A DNA stretch of 64,000 nucleotides from Camelus dromedarius. Lineage: Eukaryota. Both the position numbers and the translations under genes were made by a program. Under the pieces are notes generated by a model, which saw only the letters and a list, made by a program, of their open reading frames with translations, made no database searches and was not told the DNA's origin. Shown piece by piece: positions 26,327 to 38,742 of the stretch; the stretch's first letter is position 1, and each line of letters begins with the position of its first letter. The stretch lies in NCBI RefSeq assembly GCF_036321535.1, contig NC_087472.1:98954001-99018000 (forward strand). Reading direction: 5' to 3'.

Positions 26327-26781
26327 ATATTTTAAATTTATTTTTATTGAAGTATAGTTGATTTACAATATTATATCAGTTTCATGTGTACAACAGTCAT
26401 TCAGTATTTTTATCGATTATACTCCATTTAAAGTTATTATAAAATACAGGCTATATGTCCTGTGCTATACATTACATCCTCATATCTTATTTATTTTATA
26501 CCTAGTAGTTTGTACCTCTTAATCCCGTTCCCCTATCTTGCCCCTCCCCCACCTTCTCCCCACTGGTAACCACTAGCTTGTTCTCCTATTGCTGAGTCTG
26601 TTTCTGTTTTGTTATATTCATTTGTTTGTTTTCTTTATTTTTATTCTACATATAAGTGAAAAAAATACAATATTTGTCTTTCTCTGTCTGATTTACTCCA
26701 TTAAGCATAATATCCTCCAGATCCATCTATGTTGTTGCAGATGACAAAATTTCACTCTTTTTTATGGTTGAGTAATATTCC

Positions 26782-26824
<43 letters not shown>

Positions 26825-26847
26825 ATATCTTCTTCTTTGTCCATTCA
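26327..26847 (-). mobile_element. L1 3' end with (GT)n at ~26785-26822, inserted in an older L1ME-like relic
   Basis: Perfect 16-bp TSD tccatgatgaacatta 26311-26326 / 26848-26863; L1 3'UTR motifs. Confidence 0.9.
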
Positions 26848-27289
26848 TCCATGATGAACATTATTGTGTAATAAAATTTGGCCATATTTTTGGCTAATTT
26901 TCTGAGAAGAGATTTCTGGAAGAGACATTGCTAGGAATAAAGATATATACATAAGGAATAAAAATATAAATAAACATATAATAAAAATATGAACACATAT
27001 GAACATTCATATATGTTATTAAATTGCTTCCTAAGAAAGTGTTATCAATTTCCACTTTCATCATACGGGACCATATATATAGAAATGAGAGCTGTCTGAG
27101 GTTGGAATGTTCTATCATTTAACTGAATTATCCTATTGTACAGGGGTCTCCTGTGAGGAAGATGGGACTAAATGACTCAAAAGATCCCTGTCAACTACAT
27201 GAGTCACTGATGAAAAATAACTGAACTACTACCAAGAAAACTGATTATCCAATAATCAACCCCCCAACTAGTTGGGATCACAGTTCCTT

Positions 27290-29760
27290 TCAGGCACTAT
27301 GCTAGCTTCTGAGGACATGGTCCCTGTCCTTAAAGAGCTTATAGTCTAGTGGAATGACAGATATTAAATAGTTAGCTTCAATATAATGGTAAATGATAAT
27401 ATCTGAGACATTTCCAGGGTATTATGGGATCTCAGGAGAGAGGCCCTTAAGCAAAGAAAGGAGGGGAAAACATCATAGACAAAGGAAACAGCATTATCAA
27501 AGGTAAGAAGTGAAGAACATGGATTGAACATACTCTGTGTGTCTGTGTATGTATGTGTGTCTACAAGCCATTAACTTTTATTAAAGGATAAGTTGTTAAG
27601 TAGGAGTTGGTATAAGCTTGCAGGATAGTCAGACGCTATGTCATTGAGGGCTTTTTATGTCATACTGAGAGACTTAAACTCTATTCTATAAGCAATGGAA
27701 AAATTTTGAGGTTTTAGAGAAAGAGAGTGATGCAGTCAAATGTCATAATAGATAACATTTCTGACTGTGGTGGAAGAATAGATAAATTTTTAATGAGGCA
27801 AGACCAGAAGCAAGACCTGTTAGGAAGCTTTTGTAATATCCAACTGAGGAATGGGAAAAGCTCAAATCAGAGTAATGGCAGTATGGAGGAATGGAGAGGA
27901 CAGGAGAGGCTCAAAATTATGCTGGATGTCAATTTGGCAGGAGTTGATAATTGAATGTGGGGGCTAATGGAGAGAAAACACTATATAAAAATTAAGATAA
28001 TAAGAGTTGCAAAGAATCAGTGCTCAATAGGTTAACTGTAGAAGAGAGGTCCAGAGGAACACAGTAGAGGAATGTCTATTGGTATTGGTAACGTGTGTCA
28101 CTGATGGCTTTTACATAAGTCATTTCACAGGAGTAGTGAAAAAGCAGTAGGTTAAGGAGTGAGTTGAAGGTGAGAAAATGTAGACAGTGAGTGTATAGTG
28201 ATCTTTCAAGAAGCTTGGTTCAAAAGGACAGAAAGAACTAATACTGTTGTCAGGAAATCTAGGGTCAATGGAACTTTTTAGTTTAAGAGGAACCTAAATT
28301 TCTATATAGGTAGGAGAGAAAGAGCCACCAGGGAGGGAGAAATTGAAGGTTTAGGACAAAAGAGATAATTGATTAAACAAGATATTGGAGTAAATAGAAG
28401 TAAAGTCAGTCATAGACATGGAGACACTGACTTTGAATGGAAGGGGAGATTCTTATCACCCAAAACTGGATGGGAAGAAGGAAATATGGATCATAAATAA
28501 GTCTGTCAGTGGGTCAGGAAGAAAAAGATGTTCATCCTTAAAGAGTGCAGAGTGTTCCAGAGAGAGAAAAGTATATGCAAAGACCTGGAATGAAAGGTGG
28601 AGAGAATGTGATGGGTTTGAATAACTTCAGTAGGGCTGGAACATGAATTGAGGGGAGAGATAAAAGAGGAAGGGTTAGATTGGTAGCTGGGTGCTCCCTT
28701 GTAAGCCACATTAATGGACTTGGGTTTTATTTCAAGGACAGAAGAAAGTTTGTAGGGGCTTGTGGGTGATTCAATCAGCATTGTATTTGGAAGTATTACT
28801 CTGCCTGCAGTGAATAATGGGTAGGAGGGGTAAGACCTAAGGCAGGGAGAACAATATGGAGGCTGCTGGATTAGTGCTAGGGGTGGATGGTAGTGACTGT
28901 ACTCGTGTATTTCCTGTGAGGAGGAGAGAAGTGGATGGATTTGAAAGATGTTTAGGAAGTAAGAATTTATAGGGCTTGTTGATGGATGGGTTGTGGAGGT
29001 GAAGGAGAGAGAAAAGTCAAGAACAACTCCCAAGGTTTCTAGCTTGTTTCTAGCTTAGGCAATTGAGAGGATGGTGGCATCATATATTTGAGACAGGGAA
29101 CTCCAGGAGAGGAGTATGTTTAGGGCTCTACTGATGAATTCAATTAATCACAAATTGAGCTTGAGTTGCCTGTGAGACATAGTATACTAATACATGTATT
29201 AATTCACTCAATGAATATTTACTGAGTATCTACTATATGCCAGGCATTATGCTATGTTCTGAGAATAGAGCAATGAATATAGTCTAGCTTAAATTCAAGT
29301 AGACATGTTGGTATTTGAGTGAAGCTAAGGAGAAAGTTTAAAGTTAAGCTGTAGGACTGGGAATTACTAGTGCATGAAATCATCCAGGGAGTCTCTAGAA
29401 AATGTCATTATATGGGGCAGGTTGAGGAAGAGGTACCAAAAAGAAAGCTGAGAGATAGTGGCCAGAGGTAAGAAGGAAATCAGGAAATATGGTATCACAG
29501 AGCCAAGAGATGAAAGTGATTCAAGGATGGAGTGGTGAACGCTTCTGACGGATCAGAAGAGAAAGTGACTGTCCCTTAGATTTAGTGACAAATTTGGGCA
29601 TTGGTGAGCTATGTGAGATATCATTGGAATGGGATGGGCAGAAACCAATTGCTGTGAGTTTAGGAATGAGTAGGAAAGGAAATGGATATGGACTTTGTAG
29701 ATAATTTTTTCAAAATTTTTATCTATGGAAGAGGAAAGAAACATCAATAATACCTGGAAG
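27290..29760 (-). mobile_element. L2 LINE relics (several fragments)
   Basis: Purine-rich L2 motifs; L2 3' end at ~29200 (attcactcaatgaatatttactgag); L2-like sequence continues at ~39260-39650. Confidence 0.6.
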
Positions 29761-30141
29761 AGAAATGTGGGTACCTAGCGTTAGGCAAACTGCAATGTTG
29801 AGGACACAGCCCTGTAGATTACCAAGTCTGTCTAAGACTTCTTATCCCAACTACGAGGTGTTAGGGTTCAACTATAAAGTTAGAGGGAAGTGTCCACACA
29901 AGATCACACTCACTTCCGACACCAACTGTAACTTTGGGGGTTTCCCCAAACAACCCCCAGTTTCAAAATTTGCTAGAAAAACTCATAGAACTCATTGAGA
30001 CCTATTATGCTTACAGTTATGGTTTATTACAGGTAAAAGATACAAATTCAAACCAGCTAAAGTAGGAGATACATAGGGCTGAGTTTGGGAGCATTCAGAA
30101 CGTGAAGCTTCCATTGTCCTCAGGATGTATTTCCCAGTATT

Positions 30142-30362
30142 TTTTAAATTGAAATATAGTCAGTTTACAATGTTGCATCAATTTCTGGTGTATAGCTTAA
30201 TGTTTCAGTCATTCATATATATACATGTATTCATTTTCATATTCTTTTTCATTATAGGTTACTACAAGATATTGAATATAGTTGCCTGTGCTTCACAGTA
30301 CAAATGTGTTGTTTGTCTATTTTATATATAGTAGTTAGTATCTGCAAATATTGAACTCCCAT
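30142..30362 (-). mobile_element. Short L1 3' end inserted in the MER21-like LTR
   Basis: TSD tatttcccagtatt 30128-30141 / tatttcctagtatt 30363-30376. Confidence 0.85.
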
Positions 30363-30852
30363 TATTTCCTAGTATTAATGTGTGAAAATGCACACAGTAT
30401 TGCCAACCTGAGAAGCTCACCCAGCTGTGGTTCCCAGAATTTTCATTGATGCTTCATTATGTAGATATGATTGATTGATTGATTGGTTGTCCATGAGGTT
30501 GAACTCTGTCTCCAGCTCCCCACTCCATGGAGAATGGGCTGATTCCACATGGTCCTAGGGGCCCACCTTGGATGCCAAAGACACTTCTATCAATAGGGAA
30601 ATTCTAGGAGTTCAGAGTTTACCTCCCAGGAGCTGGGGTTGAAGGCCATACTTTTCTTTGAGAAGGTCAAATTCTTTTTTTTATTATTATTACTGAAGTA
30701 TAGTCAGTGTACAATGTGTTAATTTCTCATGTACAGCACAGTGTTTCAGTCATACATATACATATATATTTGTTTTCATATTCTTTGTCATTATAAGTTA
30801 CTACAAGATATTGAGTATAGTTCCCTATGCTATATAGAAGAAACTTGTTTAT

Positions 30853-30985
30853 AAATATATATAAAAAAAGAATATGAAAATGAATATATATATGTTCATG
30901 TATGACTGAAGCATTGTGCTGCACACCAGAAATCAACACAATCTTGTAAACTGACTATACTTCAATAAAAATACATATGCAAAAA
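30853..30985 (+). mobile_element. Short L1 3' end nested antisense in an L1 3'UTR
   Basis: Perfect 17-bp TSD agaagaaacttgtttat 30836-30852 / 30986-31002. Confidence 0.9.
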
Positions 30986-31959
30986 AGAAGAAACTTGTTT
31001 ATCTATTTTATATATAGTAGTTAGTATTTGCAAACCTCGAACTCCCAATTTATCCCTTCCCACCCCCTTTCTCCCCTGGTAACCATAAGTTTGTTTACTA
31101 TGTTTATTTGTGTCTTTTTTTTTTTAGATTCCATATATGAGTGATATCATATGACATTTTTCTTTCTCTTTCTGGCTTACTTTACTTAGAATGATGATCT
31201 AAAGGTCAATCCATGTTGCTGCAAATGGCATTATTTTATTCTTTTTTATGGCTAAGTAGTAGTCCATTGTATAAATATACCACAACTTCTTTATCCAGGT
31301 ATCTGTCGATGGACATTTAGGTTGTTTCCATGTCTTAGCTATTATATATAGTGCTGCTATGAACATTGGGATGCATGTATCTTTTCAAATTAGAGTTCCC
31401 TCCAGATATATGTCGAGAAGTGGGATTGCTAGATCATACAGTAAGTCTATTTTTAGTTTTTTGAGGAATCTCCATACTGTTTTCCATAATGGCTGCACCA
31501 AACTACATTCCCACCAACAGTGTAGAAGGGTTCCCTTTTCTCCACAGCCTCTCCAGCATTTATTGTTTGTGGACTTTTGAATGATGGTCTTTCTGACTGG
31601 TGTGAGGTGATACCTCACTGTAGTTTTTTGGTTTTTTTTTTAACATTTTTTATTGATTTATAATCATTTTACAATGTTGTGTCAAATTCCAGTGTTCAGC
31701 ACAATTTTTCAGTCATTCATGGACATAAACATGCTCATTGTCACATTTTTTTCTCTGTGAGTTATCATAACATTTTGTGTATATTTCCCTGTGCTATACA
31801 GTGTAGTCTATTCTACAGTTTTGAAATCCCAGTCTATCCCTTCCCACCCTCCACCCCCCTGGTAACCACAAGTCTGTATTCTCTGTCTGTGAGTCTATTT
31901 CTGTCCTTTATTTACGCTTTGTTTTTGTTTGTTTGTTTGTTTGTTTTTGTTTTTGTTTT

Positions 31960-34900
31960 TTAGATTCCACATATGAGCGATCTCATATGGTATTTTTCTT
32001 TCTCTTTCTGGCTTACTTCACTTAGAATGACATTCTCCAGGGACATCCACGTTGCTGCAGATGGCATTATGTTGTCGGTTTTTATGGCTGAACAGTATTC
32101 CATTGTATAAATATACCACTACTTCTTTATCCAGTCATCTGTTGATGGACATTTAGGCTGTTTCCATGTCTTGGCTATTGTCAATAGTGCTGCTATGAAC
32201 ATTGGGGTGCAGGTGTCATCCTGAAGTAGGGTTCCTTCTGGATATATGCCCAGGAGCAGGATTCCTGGGTCATATGATAAGTCTATTCCTAGTCTTTTGA
32301 GGAATCTCCACACTGTTTTCCATAGTGGCTGCACCAAACTGCATTCCCACCAGCAGTGTAGGAGGGTTCCCCTTTCTCCACAGCCTCTCCAGCATTTGTC
32401 ATTTGTGGATTTTTGAATGACGGCCATTCTGACTGGTGTGAGGTGATACCTCATTGTAGTTTTGATTTGCATTTCTCTGATAATTAGTGATATTGAGCAT
32501 TTTTTCATGTGCTTTTTGATCATTTGTATGTCTTCCTTGGAGGATTGACTTGTTAGGTCTTCTGCCCATTTTTGGATTGGGTTGTTTGTTTTTTTTTCTT
32601 ATTAAGTTGTATGAGCTGCTTATATATTCTGGAGATCAAGCCTTTGTCGGTTTCACTTGCAAAAATGTTCTCCCATTCCGTAGGTTTTCTTCTTGTTTTA
32701 CTTCTGGTTTCCTTTGCTGTGCAGAAGCTTGTAGGTTTCATTAGGTCCCATTTGTTTATTCTTGGTTTTATTTCTTCTAGGAGAAAATTTTTGAAATGTA
32801 TGTCAGATAATGTTTTGCCTATGTTTTCCTCTAGGAGGTTTATTGTATCTTGTCTTATGTTTAAGTCTTTAATCCATTTTGAGTTGATTTTTGTATATGG
32901 TGTAAGGGAGTGTTCTAGCTTCATTGTTTTACATGCTGCTGTCCAGTTTTCCCAACACCATTTGCTGAAGAGACTGTCTTTATTCCAATGTATATTCTTG
33001 CCTCCTTTGTCAAAGATGAGTTGACCAAAAGTTTGTGGGTTCATTTCTGGGCTCTCTATTCTGTTCCATTGGTCTATATGTCTGTTTTTGTACCAATACC
33101 ATGCTGTCTTGATGACTGTAGCTCTATAGTATTGTCTGAAGTCTGGGAGAGTTGTTTCTCCAGCCTCTTTCTTTCTCTTCAGTAATGCTTTGGCAATTCT
33201 AGGTCTTTGATGGTTCCATATGAATTTTATTATGATTTGTTCTAGTTCTGTGATGAAATATGTCCTGGGTAATTGGATAGGGATTGCATTAAATCTGTAG
33301 ATTGCCTTGGGCAGTGTGACCATTTTAACAATATTGATTCTTCCAATCCAAGAGCATGGAATATCTTTCCATTTTTTAAAGTCTTCTTTAATTTCCTTCA
33401 TTAATGGTTTATAGTTTTCTGTGTATAATTCTTTCACCTCCTTGGTTAGATTTATTCCCAGATATTTTATTACTTTGGGTGCTATTTTAAAGGGGATTGT
33501 TTCTTTACTTTCTTCTTCTGTTGATTTATCGTTAGTGTAAAGAAATGCAACTGATTTTTGAACGTTAATTTTGTAACCTGCTACCTTGCTGAATTCTTCA
33601 ATCAGCTTAGTAGTTTTTGTGTGGACCTTTTAGGGTTTTCTATATATAGTAACATGTCATCGGCATATAATGACACTTTTACCTCTTCTTTTCCAATTTG
33701 GATCCCTTTTATTTCTTTCTCTTGCCTGACTGCTGTGGCTAGGACTTCCAGGACTATGTTGAATAGGAGTGGTGATAGTGGGCATCCTTGTCTTGTCCCA
33801 GATTTTAGTGGGAAGCTTTTGAGTTTTTCACCGTTGAGTACTATGCTGGCTGTAGGTTTGTCATATATAGCTTTTATTATGTTGAGATATGTTCCCTCTA
33901 TACCCACTTTGGCAAGAGTTTCTATCATAAATGGGTGTTGAATTTTATCAAATGCTTTTTCTGCATCGATTGAGATGATCATGTGGTTTTTGTCCTTTCT
34001 CTTGTTGATGTGATGTATTACACTGATTGATTTGCATATGTTGAACCAGCCTTGTGTCCCTGGGATGAACCCCACTTGGTCATGATGTATAATCTTTTTT
34101 ATGTGTTGTTGGATTCTATTTGCTAAAATTTTGGTGAGGATTTTGGCGTCTATGTTCATCAGTGATATTGGCCTATAATTCTCTTTTTTTGTAGTGTCTT
34201 TGCCTGGTTTTGGTATCAGGGTGATGGTGGCTTCATAGAATGAGTTTGGGAGTATTCCCTCCTTTTCAATCTTCTGGAAGAGTTTGAGAAGGACTGGTAT
34301 GAGTTCTTCTTTGTATGTTTGGTAGAATTCCCTGGTGAAGCCGTCTGGTCCTGGACTTTTATTTGTAGGGAGGTTTTTAATTGCTATTTCTATTTCCTTT
34401 CTAGTGATCAGATTGTTCAAGTGTTCAGATTCTTCTTGATTCAGTTTTGGTGGACAGTATGTTTCCAGAAACTTGTCCATCTCTTCTAGGTTATCCAGTT
34501 TGGTTCCATATAGTTTTTCATAATATTCTCGTATGATATTCTGTATTTCTATTTTGTTTGTTGTAATTTCTCCATTTTCCTTTCTTATTTTGCTAATTTG
34601 TGCTCTCTCTTTTTTCTTCTTTGTGAGTTTGGCCAGAGGTTTGTCGATTTTATTTACTTTTTCAAAAAACCAGCTTTTGGTTTGGTTGATTTTTTCTATG
34701 GTCTTGTTAATCTCTATTGTATTTAATTCCCCTCTGATCTTTTATTATTTCCTTCCTTCTGCTGCTTTTTGGGGCTTTTTGTTCTTCTTTTTCTAATTCA
34801 TTCAGGTGGTGGGTTAAATTGTTTATTTGAGATTGTTCTTCTTTTTTGAGGAAGGCCTGTATCGCTATAAACTTCCCTCTTAGCACTGCCTTTGCTGTGT

Positions 34901-35762
34901 CCCATAGGTTTTGAGTGGTTGTGCTTTCATTATCATTTGTCTCAAGGTACTTTTTAATTTCAGCTTTGATTTCCTCATTGATCCATTGTTTTTTCAATAA
35001 CATATTGTTTAATCTCTATGCTTTCCTTTTTTTCTCCTTTGTTTCTCTGTTGTTGATTTCCAGTTTCATGGCATTGTGGTCAGTAAAGATGCTTGAGATA
35101 ATTTCTATCTTCTTAAAATTGTTGAGGTTTCTTTTGTGCCCAAGTACATGATCGATCCTGGAAAATGTTCCATGTGCACTTGAAAAGAATGTATATCCTA
35201 TTTTTGGGGGGTGTAATGCTCTGAAAATATCCACCAAATCTAGTTTTTCTATTGTAGTATTTAATTTCTCTGTTGCCTTGTTTATTTTCTGTCTGGAAGA
35301 TCTGTCTAGTGATGTTAATGCAGTGTTAAAATCTCCAACTATGATTGTATTCCCATCAATATCCCCCTTTATCTCTGTTAGTAATTCTTGTATGTACTTA
35401 GGTGCTCCTATATTGGGTGCATATATATTAATGAGTGTAATATCCTCATCTTGTATCACTCCTTTAATCATTATAAAATGTCCTTCTTTATCTTTCTTTA
35501 TGGCCTTTGTTTTAAAGTCTATTTTGTCTGAAATCAGTACTGCAACACCTGCTTTTTTGGCTTTTCCATTTGCATGGAATATCCTTTTCCATCCTTTCAC
35601 TCTCAATCTATATGTGTCCTTCTCCCTAAAGTGGGTCTCTTGTATGCAGCATATTGAAGGTTCTTGCTTTATTATCCAGTCTGCCACTCTGTGTCTTTTG
35701 ACTGGAGCATTTAGTCCATTAACATTTACAGTAATTAATGATAGATGTGTGTTTATTGCCAT
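31960..35762 (-). pseudogene. L1 ORF2 (APE endonuclease, reverse transcriptase, CCHC domain), disrupted
   Basis: NVNGLN, CIQET, GDFN, RIDH and TDHN endonuclease motifs; [15 protein letters not shown] and YADD RT motifs; premature stops at 35016 and 32119; frameshifts at ~34740, ~33607 and ~32590. Confidence 0.95.
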
Positions 35763-36167
35763 TTTGAACTTATCTTTGCAGTTGAATTGGTATATCCTCT
35801 TTGTTCCTTTCTTCTTCCTTTTGTGGTTTGGTAATTTTCCTTTGTATTATCATGGATTTTATTTAATTTTTGTGACTCCTTTGTAAACTTTTGGCTTGTG
35901 GTTACCCTTTTTTGTAAATCTATCAACCCATTACTATAACTGTTTTTATTAAACTGATAGTAACATGATCTCAAACCCATCCTACTGTTAAAAAAAATTT
36001 AAAAAAGAAAGAAAAAAATATTCTATATTTCCCTGCCTCCCTCTCCCACTCTCAGTGATTTGTATGTCTTCTTTTATAATTTCATGTTTACTTTATTTGT
36101 AATTCATGAGTTATCACCTTTCCAGTTGTGTGTTTCTCATTTCTGTAGCATCCTGCTGCTTTTCTAT

Positions 36168-37067
36168 TTAGAATAGCCCTTTCAATATTTCTTTTAGCAT
36201 GGGTTTAGTGTTGCTAAACTCCTGCAGCTTTTTTTTGTCTGTGAAACTCTTTATTTCTCCTTCTATCCTCAAGGATAGCCTTGCTGGATAAAGGATCCTA
36301 GGCTGCATCTTTTTTTCATTCAGGGCTTTGAATATATCTTGCCACTCCCTTCTGGCCTGTAGTGTTTGTGTAGAGAAATCAGCTGAGAGCCTTATGGGGG
36401 TTCCCTTGTAACTTACTCTTTGCTTTTCTCTTGCTGCCTTTAGAATCATTTCTTTATCCTTGACTCTGGCCATCTTGATTATGATATGTCTTGGTGTGGG
36501 TCTATTTGGGTTCTTCCTGTTTGGGACCCTCTGAGCTTCCTGTACTTGGATATCTGATTCCTTCTTTAAGTTTGGGAAGTTTTCAGTCATGATTTCTTCA
36601 AAAACCTTTTCAATCCCCTTTGATCTTTCTTCTTCTGGGACCCCTATTCTGTGAAGATTGGGACGCTTTATATTATCCCATAGGTCCCTTATGCTATTTT
36701 CATTATTTTTTATTTGCTTCTCTTGTAGTTCTTCTGAATGGGTGCTTTCTATTGCCCTGTCTTCTAGATCACTAATTCGTTCCTCTGCATTATCTAGTCG
36801 GCTTTGCACAGCTATTAGATCATTCCTCATCTCTGTCAATGAGTTTACCCATTCTACTTGGCTCTTCTTTATAGCTTCAATTTCATTTTTGACATATTTT
36901 ATATCTCTAAACACTACCTCTTTTAATTCCTTCAGCAATTCGATCACTCCTTTTTTGAAATTTTGATCTAGTAGGCTATCGATGTCTATTTCGTTGATCT
37001 TTCTTTCAGGGGATTTCTCTTGTTCTTTTAATTGGGAAAGGTTTTTCTGCTTCTTCATCTTGCTCAT
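36168..37067 (-). CDS. L1 ORF1p (coiled coil, RRM, CTD), open 299 aa
   Basis: LWDNIKRPNL..IGVPE, ENFPNL, TPRHIIIK, ILKAAREK, ARREW, YPARLS motifs; no internal stop. Confidence 0.93.
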   Translation of the reverse strand: MSKMKKQKNLSQLKEQEKSPERKINEIDIDSLLDQNFKKGVIELLKELKEVVFRDIKYVKNEIEAIKKSQVEWVNSLTEMRNDLIAVQSRLDNAEERISDLEDRAIESTHSEELQEKQIKNNENSIRDLWDNIKRPNLHRIGVPEEERSKGIEKVFEEIMTENFPNLKKESDIQVQEAQRVPNRKNPNRPTPRHIIIKMARVKDKEMILKAAREKQRVSYKGTPIRLSADFSTQTLQARREWQDIFKALNEKKMQPRILYPARLSLRIEGEIKSFTDKKKLQEFSNTKPMLKEILKGLF

Positions 37068-37559
37068 ACCTCTTTGGCACTGTGGTTTATGGAGTATCAG
37101 TTGTTTATTTTGGTCCTTAAGGATTTTATCTATCTGATGCCTATTTAGGAATAGAACTTAGGAAAAAAAGAAAAAAAAAATAAGAGAGAGAGAGAATTTT
37201 AAAAGAAGGGAGAAAGAGGGTTTGAAAACAGTGTATAATGAATAATAGAAGAGTGAGTTGAAGCAGAGTATTAATCGGGTTGAGACGTCCTTTTAAAACC
37301 TTTACAAAAAAAGGGCGGGGGGGGAGATGAATAGATGTATTTGAAACCTGTGTCTAATCAATAGCAGGACATCAAAACCCAAGAGAAACAGAAATGAATT
37401 AAGAAGTAAAAATTAAGAGAGTAATAGAAAATAGAACAGGTAAAAACAGATTTAAAAAAAAAAGGGGGGGGGTTTGTCGGTGTTCTCCTGGAGTCTGTGT
37501 GCTTTTACTGTGAAGTCTTTCTGTCTTCGTCCTGTTTTGGAAGCTCAGCTTGCTGTTTT

Positions 37560-38742
37560 CAGAGGCCCTCCGTTGGCGCCCTCTTCTGTGCTGCTCCCAG
37601 CACCTGTCGGCAAGCAGATCGCGCCTCCTCCTAACACTGGGTCAGGTGCAGCTCTCTGCTGTGGGCGGGCGGGTCGCTGCCCCTCCGGATGCCGCAGTCA
37701 GATGTTGCAGACTGGCCGGGTAGGAGGGCGGGTCGTGCCCCCTCCCAGCACCTCGGTCAGGGTCTGTGTTCCTGTCCGAAAGGCGGGGGGCTGCTCTCGC
37801 TCTACCTGCGCCGCCGCCGGTAGCTCCGCTGCTCTGTGCGGCTGCGCGCTCCGCCCTGGTCGGCGCTCCGCGGGTGGGCTTGGGGAAGACTGAGGGACAG
37901 CCTTGTCCCTGCTCCGAGCCAGAACCCAGCTCCTTGTTTGTCTTTGTGGAGCAAGTTCTCTGAGGGACCAGGATGGAAGGATCCTATCTGCCCCGGGCTG
38001 CAGGCCAGTCTCAGTCTGGCCTTTGAGGCTGCTAAGCCCTTCGGTGCGGATGCAGGTTTCGCCCCCGCCCCCGCCTGAGTGCTAAGCGCGGAGGATATGG
38101 CGGCTGTGCCTGAGCCCCGCCTCTCTTCCCCCGAAAACTTTCCGCAGGTTTTCAGAGATGGGGGTGTGCACCCTTCCCCCGAGAGCACATCAACCTTGCT
38201 GTTTTATGGAGGGCCCAGGCTGTTCTGCCCTGTGCACCCACAGCCACGGAGCGCAGCCCCTTGCGTTCCCCCGGGGCTGCCTCCGTGCAGCCACTTCCGT
38301 CCTCCGCCCGGCTTGTGCAGCCTGGCCCTTCCCGCCGCTGCCAGCCCGCGTCTCAGGCTGGGTGTCGGGGGGATGCTCTGTGCCCGTTTAACTTAGTTCT
38401 GTTAGTGAAGGGCTGCTCTGTACAGATCCGAGCCTCGGAGGCTCCCCCTCCGTCCCGCCGGCCTCTCAGTTGGAGAGGGGAGACCCAGCGAGCGAGCGCC
38501 AGTCCTCCTTTGCCGCTCCCTCCCCGCGGGACCCGTCCCGCGCTGCTTTGCCTTTTGTTCTTTCTTTTTTCCTTTTCTCCTACCAGATTTTTGGCGTCTT
38601 TATCTTTTGAAGAGGGCGATGTTCTGTCGGAGTTCCACAGGTGCTCTGGTTGGCTGAGTGGGTCTGTAGATGTGGGTCTTGGTGTATTTGTGGGAGAGGG
38701 TGACCTGCGAGCGTCCTTCTACTCCGCCATCTTCTCCGTCCC
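37560..38742 (-). promoter_or_regulatory. L1 5'UTR CpG island / internal Pol II promoter
   Basis: Only strongly CpG-dense stretch in the window; YY1-type cgccatctt 38725-38733; GC boxes at ~38061-38075. Confidence 0.85.

Larger units (their letters stand above)
31628..38742 (-). mobile_element. Full-length young LINE-1 (~7.1 kb)
   Basis: 5' start gggacggagaagatggcgg; CpG-rich 5'UTR; ORF1; ORF2 (EN, RT, C-terminal domain); 3'UTR; poly-A; perfect TSD acctcactgtagtttt 31612-31627 / 38743-38758. Confidence 0.99.

Noticed and set aside
28506..29033. 175-aa minus-strand ORF
   Set aside because: Lies within a degenerate L2 relic with Ser/Pro-rich compositional bias
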